This document shows, one piece after another, positions 15,321 through 28,776 of a stretch of DNA of 64,000 nt. The notes under the pieces were generated by a model that was given only the letters and a program-made list of their open reading frames with translations, was not told where the DNA came from and searched no databases. Each line of letters starts with the position of its first letter. Within the stretch, counting starts at the first letter, position 1. Origin of the DNA: Antedon mediterranea (lineage: Eukaryota; Animalia; Echinodermata); NCBI RefSeq assembly GCF_964355755.1, contig NC_092673.1, forward strand, positions 186,001 to 250,000, in the 5' to 3' direction. A program made the position numbers and the translations under genes.

Positions 15321-17619
15321 CTGGATTGAATTTTCAAACCAGAATTCTCTACAAGCAAAATCAGAAACAATATATTACAATGCGCTGAATTATGTCAAGG
15401 AAGCTACAGTTCGAAAAAGAATGAATGAATAATACCATCCATAATGTTGATATGTATACTTTGCAGTAAGATTGTGGGTGTGCAAGCAACTCTTGTTATC
15501 AAAAAAAAATTTTTTTTTTGATTTGCCTATTGCAAATATTACGTTCATTTTTAGGTAAAATTGGGATACCATAATTGTAACAAATAATGGTTTTATATAC
15601 AGGGATTTAACAGAAAGTTAGATTAATAATTTTAAATAATTTCAGTATGGATTTATCATAATTCATGTTTGCCAATCGTCCTGACACAATATACAAACGT
15701 CAATGTAAAGACGATATTATAGGCCTAGGCATATGAATAAATCCCGTCTTTGGAACAACCATATGCCTAATCAGGGGACTCCAAAAACACTTTAAAATAT
15801 AAGAAAATTGCAAAAAGTATTTCATAAAATAGTCTTCGGGGGATATGGAAATCATAATATTTTAAAAGATGATGATGATGTATCATCAATAGCTTAAAAT
15901 TGAAGCAGTAGGCCTCCCCATCCTTATAAACAGATGGTTTTCGAGTTTCTACCGACACCCAGTTATACATAATATACATAATCATTTACTAAATACATTT
16001 ATGGGTTAGGTATGTATATAATAATTATGTGATCATATAATGTAATTATATACATGCATTATATTTAACAAACATGTATAGTATAATATGTTAATAAAGT
16101 ACATTTATATACATTTATCTATCAGTAAATACTTTACAAACGGAACATATTTATTTGCATATTGTACATTCACAATGAATATAATATTATTATGTGTTAG
16201 AACGTAGTCCAAGATAGCAACAAGCTTCTCGTCATTTTATTTTGCTAATCAATCAAAATAAGTTGAAATTGTATGTAATAAATGTTCTACACATGGTTTG
16301 ACTCATTATTAAGATCCATAAATGCGGTGCACTTACAAGAGAACATTAACAACATTGCGTATGTCTATTAGAGTTATACGTTGTTATGTTGTTGTAAGAA
16401 ATTGACATAGTTTGGTAACGAAGTTTGGAGCGGCTTTTGTCGTACGTTGTTAAGGGACACCCGTCCAGTAATTAATTTTGTTGATCAAGATTGTGGACCT
16501 AAATGCCCAAGAAAATGATCGTGTGCTGAGTGTCGATATGTTCACAGGAATAAACTTTGAAATCTGGATACATTACCATTCGTCGTCTACTGTGTGTTAT
16601 TTTAATGATTGAGTTATCATACATTGTAGAAATTCAAATGCATGTGAGGGCGTCATTTCATTCATGCCGACTAACCTGCGGATATTGATGATGATATTAT
16701 TGAATACTATATTGTATTTCATAATTGTTTAACTTTATCTCAAACTAAGAACGACCAATTATATTATGCTTTAGATCTTTTTACGAAGCAATATTATTTT
16801 ACAATATTGACGAATGAAAATGTTTAATTATAATTACAAAGACTTACAATATTAGGCCTATGTGACATCATAATTAAAATTTCAAATTTAAATGAGTATT
16901 TTCTATCTAAAACCCCACAACCAAGCAACGCATTCAAGCGTATTCTGGGTTTTTTTTTAAATAAATAAGGGCAACAATGATGGGTAATATTATATGATAC
17001 ATTGCTTGTGATTGGTGAATTTAATTGCATGCGCTACATGTACGTCCCAGGGAATTTACACCTGTATGAGCATACCTGAGTAGCCACCTGTAAAATTACT
17101 AGGTGAGTTGTTGTATCACGTTAAAAGAAAGATAGGCTTATGTACCGCCTCAGAAATGGCATCTGATAGCTGGAGAGGAAGGCGTAGGATACAATGAGAC
17201 AACAAAGTAAGTGACCACCTAGGAATTTTAGTGACATTATTTCAGTGGAGACCCTGTTTGATGTCCGTGCAAGAGTTAGATCGCTAGTGTGCCCTTAAAG
17301 TACACAGACAAAATTGGTGTTTCCGTTTGTAGGTCTATGATTTTAGGATTTGTTTTTCTAATTGTTGCATTATACAGTATGTCATTCCTCATGAGCAACG
17401 TCGCTTGATGTTCAATTACTGAACAGCTCCGCTAGCCAACAAAAATGATGATATTAAAACCAGCCTTTAATAATTGTTGAAGGCGCAAGTGGAATTTCTC
17501 TCCACCCATTGCAGGTCTTCAGACTCTATCCTTACTCTAATCCCAGTCACCGGCGTGTAACTGTGTCTTGACAAAATACCCGGATTGACTTTTTTAGGCG
17601 GATAAATATAGATCATTAT

Positions 17620-19342
17620 AAATAAGTAAATGTTAAAGCGTTTGAATATCTGCCACTGAACGTTCGTGGTTGCCTGAAATAAGTAAATGTTAAAGCGTTT
17701 GAATCTGCCACTGAACGTTCGTGATTGCCTGAAATAAGTAAATGTTAAAGCGTTTGAATATCTGCCACTGAACGTTCGTGATTGCCTGAAATAAGTCAAT
17801 GTTAAAGCGTTTGAATCTGCCACTGAACGTTCGTGGTTGCCTGAAATAAGTAAATGTTAAAGCGTTTGAATCTGCCACTGAACGTTCGTGGTTGCCTGAA
17901 ATAAGTAAATGTTAAAGCGTTTGAATCTGCCACTGAACGTTCGTGGTTGCCTGAAATAAGTAAATGTTAAAGCGTTTGAATCTGCCACTGAACGTTCGTG
18001 ATTGCCTGAAATAAGTAAATGTTAAAGCGTTTGAATCTGCCACTGAACGTTCGTGGTTGCCTGAAATAAGTAAATGTTAAAGCGTTTGAATCTGCCACTG
18101 AACGTTCGTGGTTGCCTGAAATAAGTAAATGTTAAAGCGTTTGAATATCTGCCACTGAACGTTCGTGGTTGCCTGAAATAAGTAAATGTTAAAGCGTTTG
18201 AATCTGCCACTGAACGTTCGTGATTGCCTGAAATAAGTAAATGTTAAAGCGTTTGAATCTGCCACTGAACGTTCGTGGTTGCCTGAAATAAGTAAATGTT
18301 AAAGCGTTTGAATATCTGCCACTGAACGTTCGTGGTTGCCTGAAATAAGTAAATGTTAAAGCGTTTGAATCTGCCACTGAACGTTCGTGATTGCCTGAAA
18401 TAAGTAAATGTTAAAGCGTTTGAATCTGCCACTGAACGTTCGTGATTGCCTGAAATAAGTAAATGTTAAAGCGTTTGAATCTGCCACTGAACGTTCGTGG
18501 TTGCCTGAAATAAGTAAATGTTAAAGCGTTTGAATATCTGCCACTGAACGTTCGTGGTTGCCTGAAATAAGTAAATGTTAAAGCGTTTGAATCTGCCACT
18601 GAACGTTCGTGATTGCCTGAAATAAGTAAATGTTAAAGCGTTTGAATCTGCCACTGAACGTTCGTGGTTGCCTGAAATAAGTAAATGTTAAAGCGTTAGA
18701 ATCTGCCACTGAACGTTCGTGGTTGCCTGAAATAAGTAAATGTTAAAGCGTTTGAATCTGCCACTGAACGTTCGTGGTTGCCTGAAATAAGTAAATGTTA
18801 AAGCGTTTGAATATCCGCCACTGAACGTTCGTGATTGCCTGAAATAAGTAAATGTTAAAGCGTTTGAATCTGCCACTGAACGTTCGTGATTGCCTGAAAT
18901 AAGTAAATGTTAAAGCGTTTGAATCTGCCACTGAACGTTCGTGGTTGCCTGAAATAAGTAAATGTTAAAGCGTTTGAATATCCGCCACTGAACGTTCGTG
19001 GTTGCCTGAAATAAGTAAATGTTAAAGCGTTTGAATATCCGCCACTGAACGTTCGTGGTTGCCTGAAATAAGTAAATGTTAAAGCGTTTGAATCTGCCAC
19101 TGAACGTTCGTGATTGCCTGAAATAAGTAAATGTTAAAGCGTTTGAATCTGCCACTGAACGTTCGTGGTTGCCTGAAATAAGTAAATGTTAAAGCGTTTG
19201 AATCTGCCACTGAACGTTCGTGATTGCCTGAAATAAGTAAATGTTAAAGCGTTTGAATCTGCCACTGAACGTTCGTGATTGCCTGAAATAAGTAAATGTT
19301 AAAGCGTTTGAATATCTGCCACTGAACGTTCGTGGTTGCCTG
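17620..19342. repeat. 55/57-bp minisatellite, ~31 copies
   Basis: Unit AAATAAGTAAATGTTAAAGCGTTTGAAT(AT)CTGCCACTGAACGTTCGTG(G/A)TTGCCTG; explains the stacked 62-81 aa ORFs. Confidence 0.97.
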
Positions 19343-21092
19343 ATAACGCTATCATCGTTGGTCCATTACGATGTCTCGCTTTACCTTTAATGATTATGAA
19401 AACAGGTTAATAATACCTTTACTATTATTATACGATTTGATATGTAACTATTTAATCTAATAAATAAATAAATAAATAAATATTTATGCAATAATTTACA
19501 TTTGAAAATGAAGTCATACTGGGCGTAAAGATAAACACTTACCTTTAGGCCTATACGGAAAATTAAAAAGAAGAAAAATAAGTTGCACAATTTCAAGATC
19601 CTAAAGTTGTCCTTGTATAATTCTATAATATAAAATAAAAATATAATATATATTCTATAATATTCTTTATAAAAAACTATTGATGAATATAAACAACACA
19701 TAGTCAAGGTGTAATATGGTGCATTTAATTTTTTCTTCAATTTACACAGTCATAAAAGTGGGCTTATTCATTAATTGCAAAGATTTTAAAAGTTACATCT
19801 TACATCAAATTCGTCCGTGAAACCATGCACAAATGAAACACGTTTATGCTGTGAGTGCAAAATTGCGACTTTAGTCAACGTTCGTACACATGGACGTAGG
19901 CTAGATGAGGCACTGGGAGTTCCATAGTTGGGAACCAAAAATATGCACCCCATTCATCAGTTTAAAAACAAAGACATGGAAAGCATATACATTTTGTCAA
20001 ACAATAGCCATGATTTTCGCCTCCAGTGTTTCGATTTTTTTTTATTTTACTCCTTACACCTTAACCAGTCTACGTCATTGCTACGCACGACGCACGCGTC
20101 AAATAATGTGACGTAATGTCACAGACTAATTTAAGACAAAATGTTAGCGCTACCGTTAGGATTCTAACGTATTATACATAATAAATATACAATCATTTAT
20201 CATTGATTTACACATTTTTACCGCAGGCATTATTTAGCTTATGAAATAATTACAGAATTAACACAAGACACGACATTGTTTTGGTTGGTTACAATCTTTA
20301 TAAAGTGTTACTATAGACTAAAATGATTTTATTTATAATGTATGTATTGTTTTCACCTCTCCAAATGTATCGTGAATATATATTATCAGTGACATGTGAA
20401 CAAGTCGAACCGATTTTGTAATTTTAATGTAAATTTTTTAAACTTTGTATAAAACAAAATGAACTATGATTGTAGGAAAGAATGACACTCTCCGCTGGAC
20501 TTGTTGATTTGCGTTTACAGACTGTTTATCAAACATCGCGTACACATTCATCAAAATAGTGTGATTTTATACAGCACAATAATATATAATACATTTTGGA
20601 CGTACATAAATGAAAGTCACCTTACCCCCTCTTTGATATTCTTGAATTGAGAGAGCATTTGATTAGACATCATATTTTAGGGACTATTATGTTGTCTTAA
20701 TATCAAAATATTGAAACTTGAAAAGACCACGATGAGTTTCTGTAATTTAGGCCATTGAGGATAGAAACACCACCATTCTTTTAAAACATAAAATTTGAAT
20801 AAATAAAGAAATTCCTTCATAGGCTAACTACAATAAATCCACTAATCGGTTATATAAAAAATGTTTTGTTTATTATAGCAATTTTAAATCACCAACATAG
20901 GTTTTTTTTTTTCATTTTTAAAAAGTAACAGATCATTTTTTTCCGTTGGACCATCAAATGCAAATTATTCAGTCATCAGAGTTGACTTTGAAATGATAGA
21001 ATTCTCTCTGTGCTAATTATTGTAACATCTGAAAATAAGTTTATATTATAGTTTAACAACGATTAGCCTATCCTATAAAATATAAAAGACGT

Positions 21093-24041
21093 TTATTTTC
21101 TCTCTTCGTATGCATTTCTTTTCCGATTAAAAAAGCCGCTTCTTTTAGCTGCGTAATCGCCTATTTTTTGCCAGTCTACATCGTATGCGTTTTTTCCTGA
21201 ACGTCTGTTGAAAAATCCACTTCTTTTTGATTGGCTTCCTTGCAAATATTGGTTTCTTAAATGATTCAAATATTTGATAATAGCTTCATGTTTTGCGATC
21301 TGTTCTTCAAGTTCAGCAATATCGCCCTCTTCTGGCCAAATTTGTGGTATACCAAGTCCAAGTGTGTTTTGAATCTGAAAGGACAGATAATAAATCGATT
21401 ACGCCATGAATCAATCAATAATTCGATTACGCCATGAATCAATCAATAAATCGATTACATCATGAATCAATCAATAAATAAACTACGCCATGAATCAATC
21501 AATAATTCGATTACACCATTAATCAATCAATAAATCGATTACGCCATGAATCAATCAATAAATCGATTACGCCATGAATCAATCAATAAATCGATTACGC
21601 TATGAATCAATCAATAAATCGATTACGCTATGAATCAATCAATATATCGATTACGCTATGAATCAATCAATATATCGATTACGCTATGAATCAATCAATA
21701 GATCGATTACGCTATGAATCAATCAATAGATCGATTACGCTATGAATCAATCAATAGATCGATTACGCTATGAATCAATCAATAGATCGTTTACTCCATG
21801 AATCAATCAATAGATCGATTACTCCATGAATCAATCAATAGATCGATTACTCCTTGAATCAATCAATAGATCGATTACTCCTTGAATCAATCAATAGATC
21901 GATTACTCCTTGAATCAATCAATAGATCGATTACTCCATGAATCAATCAATAGATCGATTACTCCATGAATCAATCAATAGATCGATTACTCCATGAATC
22001 AATCAATAGATCGATTACTCCATGAATCAATCAATAGATCGATTACTCCATGAATCAATCAATAGATCGATTACTCCATGAATCAATCAATAGATCGATT
22101 ACTCCATGAATCAATCAATAGATCGATTACTCCATGAATCAATCAATAGATCGATTACTCCATGAATCAATCAATAGATCGATTACTCCATGAATCAATC
22201 AATAGATCGATTACTCCATGAATCAATCAATAGATCGATTACTCCATGAATCAATCAATAGATCGATTACTCCATGAATCAATCAATAGATCGATTACTC
22301 CATGAATCAATCAATAGATCGATTACACTATGAGTCAATCAATAGATCGATTACACTATGAGTCAATCAAAAAATCGATTACGCCATGAATCAATCAAAA
22401 AATCGATTACGCTATGAATCAATCAAAAAATCGATTACGCTATGAATCAATCAAAAAATCGATTACACCATGAATCAATCAATAGATCGATTACACCATG
22501 AATCAATCAATAGATCGATTACACCATGAATCAATCAATAGATTGATTACGTCATAAATCAATTAAAAAATCGATTACACCATGAATCAATAAATAGATC
22601 GATTACACCATGAATCAATAAATAAATCGATTACACCATGAATCAATCAATAGATCGATTACACCATGAATCAATCAATAGATCGATTACACCATGAATC
22701 AATCAATAGATCGATTACACCATGAATCAATCAATAGATCGATTACACCATGAATCAATCAATAAAGCGATTACACCATGAATCAATCAATAAAGCGATT
22801 AAACTATGAGTCAATCAAAAAAATTGATTACTCTCTGAATCAATCAATAAATCGATTACGCCATAAATCAATCAATCGTGATATTAAAATAGTCAGTACT
22901 TGAATTAGTCGGATGTGGGAGGTCCATTCTCTGATTCTAATTGAATGTTGTTTTCATTACTTCTTCTATGGCTTTAAAATTACTACTGAAATATCAGTAA
23001 ATGTTTGTTTGTTTTATGTTCCAATAGAAGGTATCCATGGAAATAATATATCGCACCTGATCGTATCTATCACCGTCACACAATACCTTATTGATATATT
23101 ATATACAATTCTACCTTAGATGGCGGTTTATATATCATTATCTGTATCGTATCACAGTAATATATAATTTCAGAGTAGTATATTTATTTGTGTATACTGA
23201 TGAAGCTAAAGTGTTCATAATAGTTAGTTGTATACGGGTAATTTTACATTATTGAATATTGTGTAGTAATTTGAAAAGATTATGGTGTCAAATTGAATTG
23301 AACTATAGGATGAACGATACGCATGACGTCTCTCGTAACTTGGACGTAGCGCAATGCATGTAACAATCATGGCGTGGTGATGTGTCACTAATATCGTCGC
23401 TTGTAATTGGTCAACGGACTTGTGCTTCGTGTACGCCTTGTGGGAAACCAAGTTTAGGTAAGAGATTGCGCGCGTCCCAATCAATGATGATGATGATGAT
23501 GATGATGATGGAACAGTTAGGGCACTAACTAAATTTGCTATAATAACTTTATTTTGACATTTTGCAAGCGCTTAAATCTCCATAATACGCATTACTCATG
23601 AACATGTCAATCGTGTCAACAATAATTATACAATATATTATATTGGAAAAAACTCTCCGACCATTAATAGTAGTTGATTGTGAAACCAGTAATAGAAATA
23701 GGTTTGGACAATGTTCACACGCTAAAATGTCATATACAATAGTATTATGTAATAAATCATTCTACATAGAAATTTATATACTCAATGGTTCTGTGCATAT
23801 TCATTGGTAATGTTGTGATGTATTTCCCTAATCATTGCTAATACTTTCGCTGAGTGATTTTGCGATAAAATTACCTCACTCATCAACAATATTTAAGGTT
23901 TAATATTCGTATGGAGTGCAATTTGTGACAAATATTAGCATTATAACTTACTGGCCCTGATTCATATTCTGCTATATCTTCTGTACTTCCACATCCAACC
24001 ATCGTGATGGTAACCATCACAGTAAACAAAATTGAATACAT
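21093..24041 (-). CDS. Putative neuropeptide precursor, 123 aa, signal peptide plus two SGFFN peptides (achatin-like?)
   Basis: Exon 24041-23952 encodes MYSILFTVMVTITMVGCGSTEDIAEYESGP and ends at a GTAAGT donor; its acceptor TTTCAG is at 24091-24096, so the exon starts in 5'UTR. It splices in phase 0 via a TTTCAG acceptor to exon 21374-21093: IQNTLGLGIPQIWPEEGDIAELEEQIAKHEAIIKYLNHLRNQYLQGSQS-KR-SGFFN-RR-SGKNAYDVDWQKIGDYAA-KR-SGFFN-RKR-NAYEERK*. Hydrophobic N-terminus, acidic spacer and repeated dibasic-flanked peptides are typical of prepro-neuropeptides. Confidence 0.88.
21389..22876. repeat. 28-bp minisatellite, ~53 copies, intronic in the neuropeptide gene
   Basis: Unit AATCAATCAATAGATCGATTACTCCATG with blockwise variants. 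Confidence 0.97.
23484..23509. repeat. (GAT)n microsatellite
   Basis: ATGATGATG run. Confidence 0.9.
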
Positions 24042-25859
24042 ATTCTATGCTTTCGTTATTGGTGTACTACCTCGCTTGTACGCTTTTTATCTGAAACAAA
24101 CAAAATAGAATACCATGTTAAAATGTTGGAACATTGCATGGTATTACTATACCAGTGTAAGATTAAAGTATTCAGGGTTTACACTATATGTGATCAGGTG
24201 TACTACTATACTTCCTCATACTAATTCCTATAATATTTCATAATATAAATTCCATTCATTACTTTTAAAATTATCAATATTATTAGCATATTTCCACTAT
24301 GTGATCAGGTGCACTACCCTTTCCTCATGTTGATTCCATAATATTTCAAGTTCATTTATTAATTTTAACATTATCAATATTATTTTAGGCCATCCAATTA
24401 ATGACGTCAATATTGTTTCCATATTTAGGCTATATAATGATCTATTCTCTAAGTATTTGATTATATTTGTTTTTGCTGCTAGTAAGAAATTAGATCTCCC
24501 TCCCGGCCCATGGGAAATTTAACGTTATGAATTAATTAAATTTAAGGTATAGAAAGAAGAATTGAATTGATATTAGATTTTCCGTCCAGGGTGATGCTTG
24601 TTTACATGTTCTATTTAGGTTAAAGGCTGCTTTTAATTTCTGAAATTGTATGTGGTTAGCCACTAACTTCTTAGTTAGTTAGTACTTCAACCACCATAAC
24701 TCATGGCCACATTTATTCTACAGTACTGCCTCATCACACCTCTTTTCTAATTTTTTTTTTATAGAATTCTGTGCGCAATATGTCTGACTATTATCTGCCC
24801 TTTTATAAAGTGCACGCTACTTTGCAATCAAAAAAGATGGATAAATGATAATAAAATGAAAGTGTAATGAAGAATGAATGCAAAGTTGAGTAAATCTCTC
24901 AAAAGACAACACAAATAAGGATCGTTTACATAGTGGGTGTCTTTATACGAGTAAGTTGCCAACAGATTCAACAAACCCACAATATCGCAAGAGTCATCTA
25001 GCACTTCCAATGATTTGCCTATCTATTACACTCGTCTTTAATTCCCTGAAGCATGTAGAAATCTTCATCCGAAACCAATTATCCTTAATATGTGATTCCT
25101 ATCGCACATTAAGCGACTGTAATTGAACATGAGAATTTTAAATCCAATATTCGAAAATGTTGCAGATTTAATCTTAGAATGCGAATAAATATCAATATAT
25201 AATATAGATATATAGTCTTCTCACTAATGAATAGGAGCTGTGTTATGATGTCGTCGAATAAGTGTCATCTTCAAAAATGACATAGTAAAGTATACTAATT
25301 TATTTCTACTATTAGATCATCACATAGCTGTTCACTCCTGTACCGTGTCTTACTCCTGTACCGTGTTCTACTATTAGATCATCACATAGCTGTTCACTCC
25401 TGTACCGTGTTTTTTTTATATATACTATCTATAGTATGACATGGCCTTTTGAAAAACGTTTTCCGTCATTTCCACGACTTGTTTCTATATTTTTCTGTTT
25501 TGGGCAGGATGGTTTGTTATTGTGCTAAAGTCTACACTTTTTCCTTTTAAATCATTTTATATATAATAATCTTTATTGTCTTTCTTTCTTGTTTGTTCTT
25601 TTTCACATACATAAAATCAAAACTAAAGACAAAAGACCAAAAATAAAGCTTTCGCTTATCGAGTTTTGGCCTTTTAAAGTAAATAAAACTTAAACTAGAA
25701 CGTATATCATTTCTGAGAAAGAAAAATCTGAAGAAAATTAATTACATAAATGAAAATTAATAACTCACTGGCATTATCAATATGAATATGAAATAAGTAA
25801 TAGAAGAGTATTATACACATTTTTTTTGTTTTGTTTTTTAAATAAAAAAAACTAGAAAA

Positions 25860-26140
25860 AAACTAAGCATCATATAAGGTTATTAAATGTTCTTTGACTT
25901 TGATGGCAAATTGTGTTCTAAATGAAATTGACTTAATATTTACTGGGAGTTTATTCCAGAGTTTGGGACCTTGGTATGTTATATTGGTTTGACATAGAGT
26001 TGTACGGCAAAAGGGGATCGAGAGATTAAATATTTGGTTTATCCAGTTATTATTTATCAATAATGTGGTATAAATTTGGAAAGCACTAATTACATTCTAT
26101 TAACGGAATCAGGTGGACGTGATAACATTTTGCATTTATT
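25860..26140 (-). mobile_element. L2/CR1-type LINE 3' remnant
   Basis: IPFCRTTLCQTNITYQGPKLWNKLP matches the typical C-terminal LINE ORF2 motif G...WN.LP. Confidence 0.7.
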
Positions 26141-26145
26141 AACCT

Positions 26146-27781
26146 AAAGCTTGCTTCCCACGTGACGCAACGCAAGGACGTATACGCAACCTAAAGCTTG
26201 GTTCCCACTAGAACGTAACGCAAGGACGTAAACGCAACGTCCTTGCGTTACGTTCTAGTGGGAACCAAGCTTTAAAGCGTGGTTCCCACTAGCGACGCAA
26301 CGCAAGGACGTAACGCAACGCAAGTGAATTGACCAATCACAAGCGATGGCTTATTCGCTTGTGATTGCTAACTGTCTATAACTTCGCTTGTCATTAGTTA
26401 AAACTAGATGGTACGCTCGCTTCGCTCGCGTACCATCTAGTTCGTGCCCACAGATGGTTCTCGAATACATAGTAATTTCAGCGTAAAAAAACTGGCGATT
26501 TCAAATGTACGTACGGCAGGACTATAAAACATTGTCGTTTACAGAAACAAATAAATAGACACAATGATTTATGTAGTCAACCAAAATTAGCACCTAGAAA
26601 CTTGTCACAAAATGAGTCGAAATTTGTTATTTGGACTCATTTAAACAAACCCAATTTTGTTAAATTATTCTTTATATTTCTTTATTATCCAATCAGTAAC
26701 GAAATGTTTTTTTTATATAGGCCTATAAATAATATACCACTAAATAGAGTCAAACGATTTAATACCGTACTTTATTAAAACTGTCTCTGTCTCATGGTCG
26801 ATTGAAATAGTAAAGTACAATTAAAGACCACTAATACGTTTATATTTTTGTAATTATTAATGAATACAAACGTTGAGAAACAACTGACAGTAAAAAAGTA
26901 TATATTATTATGTGTTTATAATCTAAAAGTAGGGGCTACCCACACTCACAGTAATAACGTTTATTAGTATATTTGTTTATATTATATCTAACAGTACCAA
27001 CACACTTTTGATTCAAATGGCGATCAAAAGTGGTTAATACCTATTTGCAGTATTGTATAGCATTACAATACTATTTCTGTTTATTCTCCAAGGGTCTATA
27101 AATTGACCTACTTGTGTTAACCCATGGAGGTAAGCAATAATTTGGAATGTTCCATTCATTGCAAATCAATACATTTCTATAAACGTTATTAAATCTATCA
27201 AAATAGTATTTTTTAAAGAAAATCGGCCTGTCTTCAACATTATGATGCTGTACTCGAGCTGTTCAACCGGTTTTCAGCCATTAAAAACAGTTATCGTAGG
27301 AGGAGATAGGAAAATGCGAAGCATCCTCGTATTATTGTATGCGGGTATTTTTCACGATGGACATATATTAAACAGTGTATACCACGATCGGAAAACACCC
27401 CTATTTGGGGCAAATAATGGAACCTAAATTCGTTTTAATCGTCAATAACTAATTATCTGACTCAATTTAATTAGTAAACAGGGTTACATCAGGTGGTTAA
27501 AATCAGTACCGAAAGTACGAACCAACTGTGTATACCATCGAGTAAAAATTCTAGAAGTAAGGCGCGATTTACCGAATTTTGCCCTTACGTAAATTTATAT
27601 ATAGACGCTTGCGTTGCATTTACGTCTTTGCGTTACGTTCTCGTGGGAACCAAGCTTTAAGCTTGCTTCCCACGTGACGCAACGCAAAGACGTATACGCA
27701 ACGCAAGCGTGTTGACCAAAGGCAGCTCACTTACGTTGCGTCTACGTCCTTGCGTTGCGTCCTAAAGGGAACCAAGCTTTA
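26146..27781. mobile_element. Cluster of nested and tandem Harbinger/PIF-like MITEs (AGCTTGGTTCCCAC termini, ACGCA repeats)
   Basis: Several copies with AAGCTTGG/CTTCCCAC...GGGAACCAAGCTT termini separated by TTA/TAA; related copies at ~43255-43420 and ~51631-51750. Confidence 0.8.
26404..27605 (-). mobile_element. Non-autonomous Helitron nested in a MITE
   Basis: The minus strand begins TC(TATATATAAA) and ends with the hairpin CTAGATGGTACGCGAGCGAAGCGAGCGTACCATCTAG; there is no TSD. The flanks rejoin into the ...TTAGTTAAAA|CGCTTGCGTTGC MITE sequence seen in related copies. Confidence 0.8.
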
Positions 27782-28615
27782 TTAAATGAAAGTATTATGG
27801 GTGTAATCGACTAATTCAAACAAACTTTTCAATCTAAACAAAATTTAAGCTTAAAATTATTTTTGTACAATAATATTTTTACAAAAATACAATCAATTTA
27901 GACACTGCGTTGTTGTGGAATTCGCATTACTAAAAGCTGAATCATTAGAATGCAATTTTTTTATAAAGAAATTGCTTATTTTAATATATTTTAAAGTATG
28001 TTTTATGTATGACCGTTTTCAACAAACCGATAATTATCTGGGAAATTATTCCAATTCTATCTTTTTATCATTTTGAATGGAATTAATTTGTGAATGTAAT
28101 GTAACAGAAGAATAAAAATAGATTATTATATCAATTCAATCCAACGCATGCGCGGTAGTGACAGAATCTTCTCGGAATTTGGAAGATGAGTGAAAGTATT
28201 TGGAGAGATGCTGGCCGTAGTGGTGGAATCTTGTCTATTACGTCATAAATTGAGTTAACACTCTAACTCGATATGTTAATGTGTTCCTATAATAAGAAAC
28301 TTTGGTTAATAAGTATATCAGCACACCTCTTTGAATTGTCGGTTTAAGTTCATCATCACAGGATTCATTCAATTCAATTCAATTCGACCAAAATTGGCAA
28401 ACATCAACATAAAAACAAAACAAGAAAGTATCATTTGGTCAAGGGAAGACTGTTGCCCGTCTTCATAATTACATAACGTATGCAAACAAAGAAACAATTT
28501 TACAATAAATAACAAAAAAAAGCGCCCAATTTAACAATCGGTTGACGGCACAAGTCCGTTGTCAATGAACAAGAACATAAATAACGAAGGATTAACGTTA
28601 ATAGAATGTTCATTA

Positions 28616-28776
28616 AGCTCTGTCTACACTATCGAACTAGTTTGACAAAAAAAGTGTGATGCGCCCAAATATGGTAGTGATATGCTTAAATATGGTAGTG
28701 ATATGACATCATTGTGTCCATATATGGGCACATCACATTTTTTTGTCACATAAAGTTTGATAGTGTAGACAGAGCT
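28616..28776. mobile_element. Harbinger-like MITE, TTA target duplication
   Basis: TIR AGCTCTGTCTACACTATC...GATAGTGTAGACAGAGCT flanked by TTA on both sides; a partial second copy lies at ~45283-45382. Confidence 0.85.

Noticed and set aside
14987-15370. 127-aa ORF with repeated LQYLQYLRHLRY
   Set aside because: Derived from the minisatellite.
17467-19155. Stack of 62-118 aa MADSNALTF... ORFs
   Set aside because: These are translations of the 55/57-bp satellite and use non-ATG starts.
13706-22876. Tandem arrays as CRISPR arrays
   Set aside because: Units are contiguous with no unique spacers, there are no cas genes, and the context is eukaryotic.
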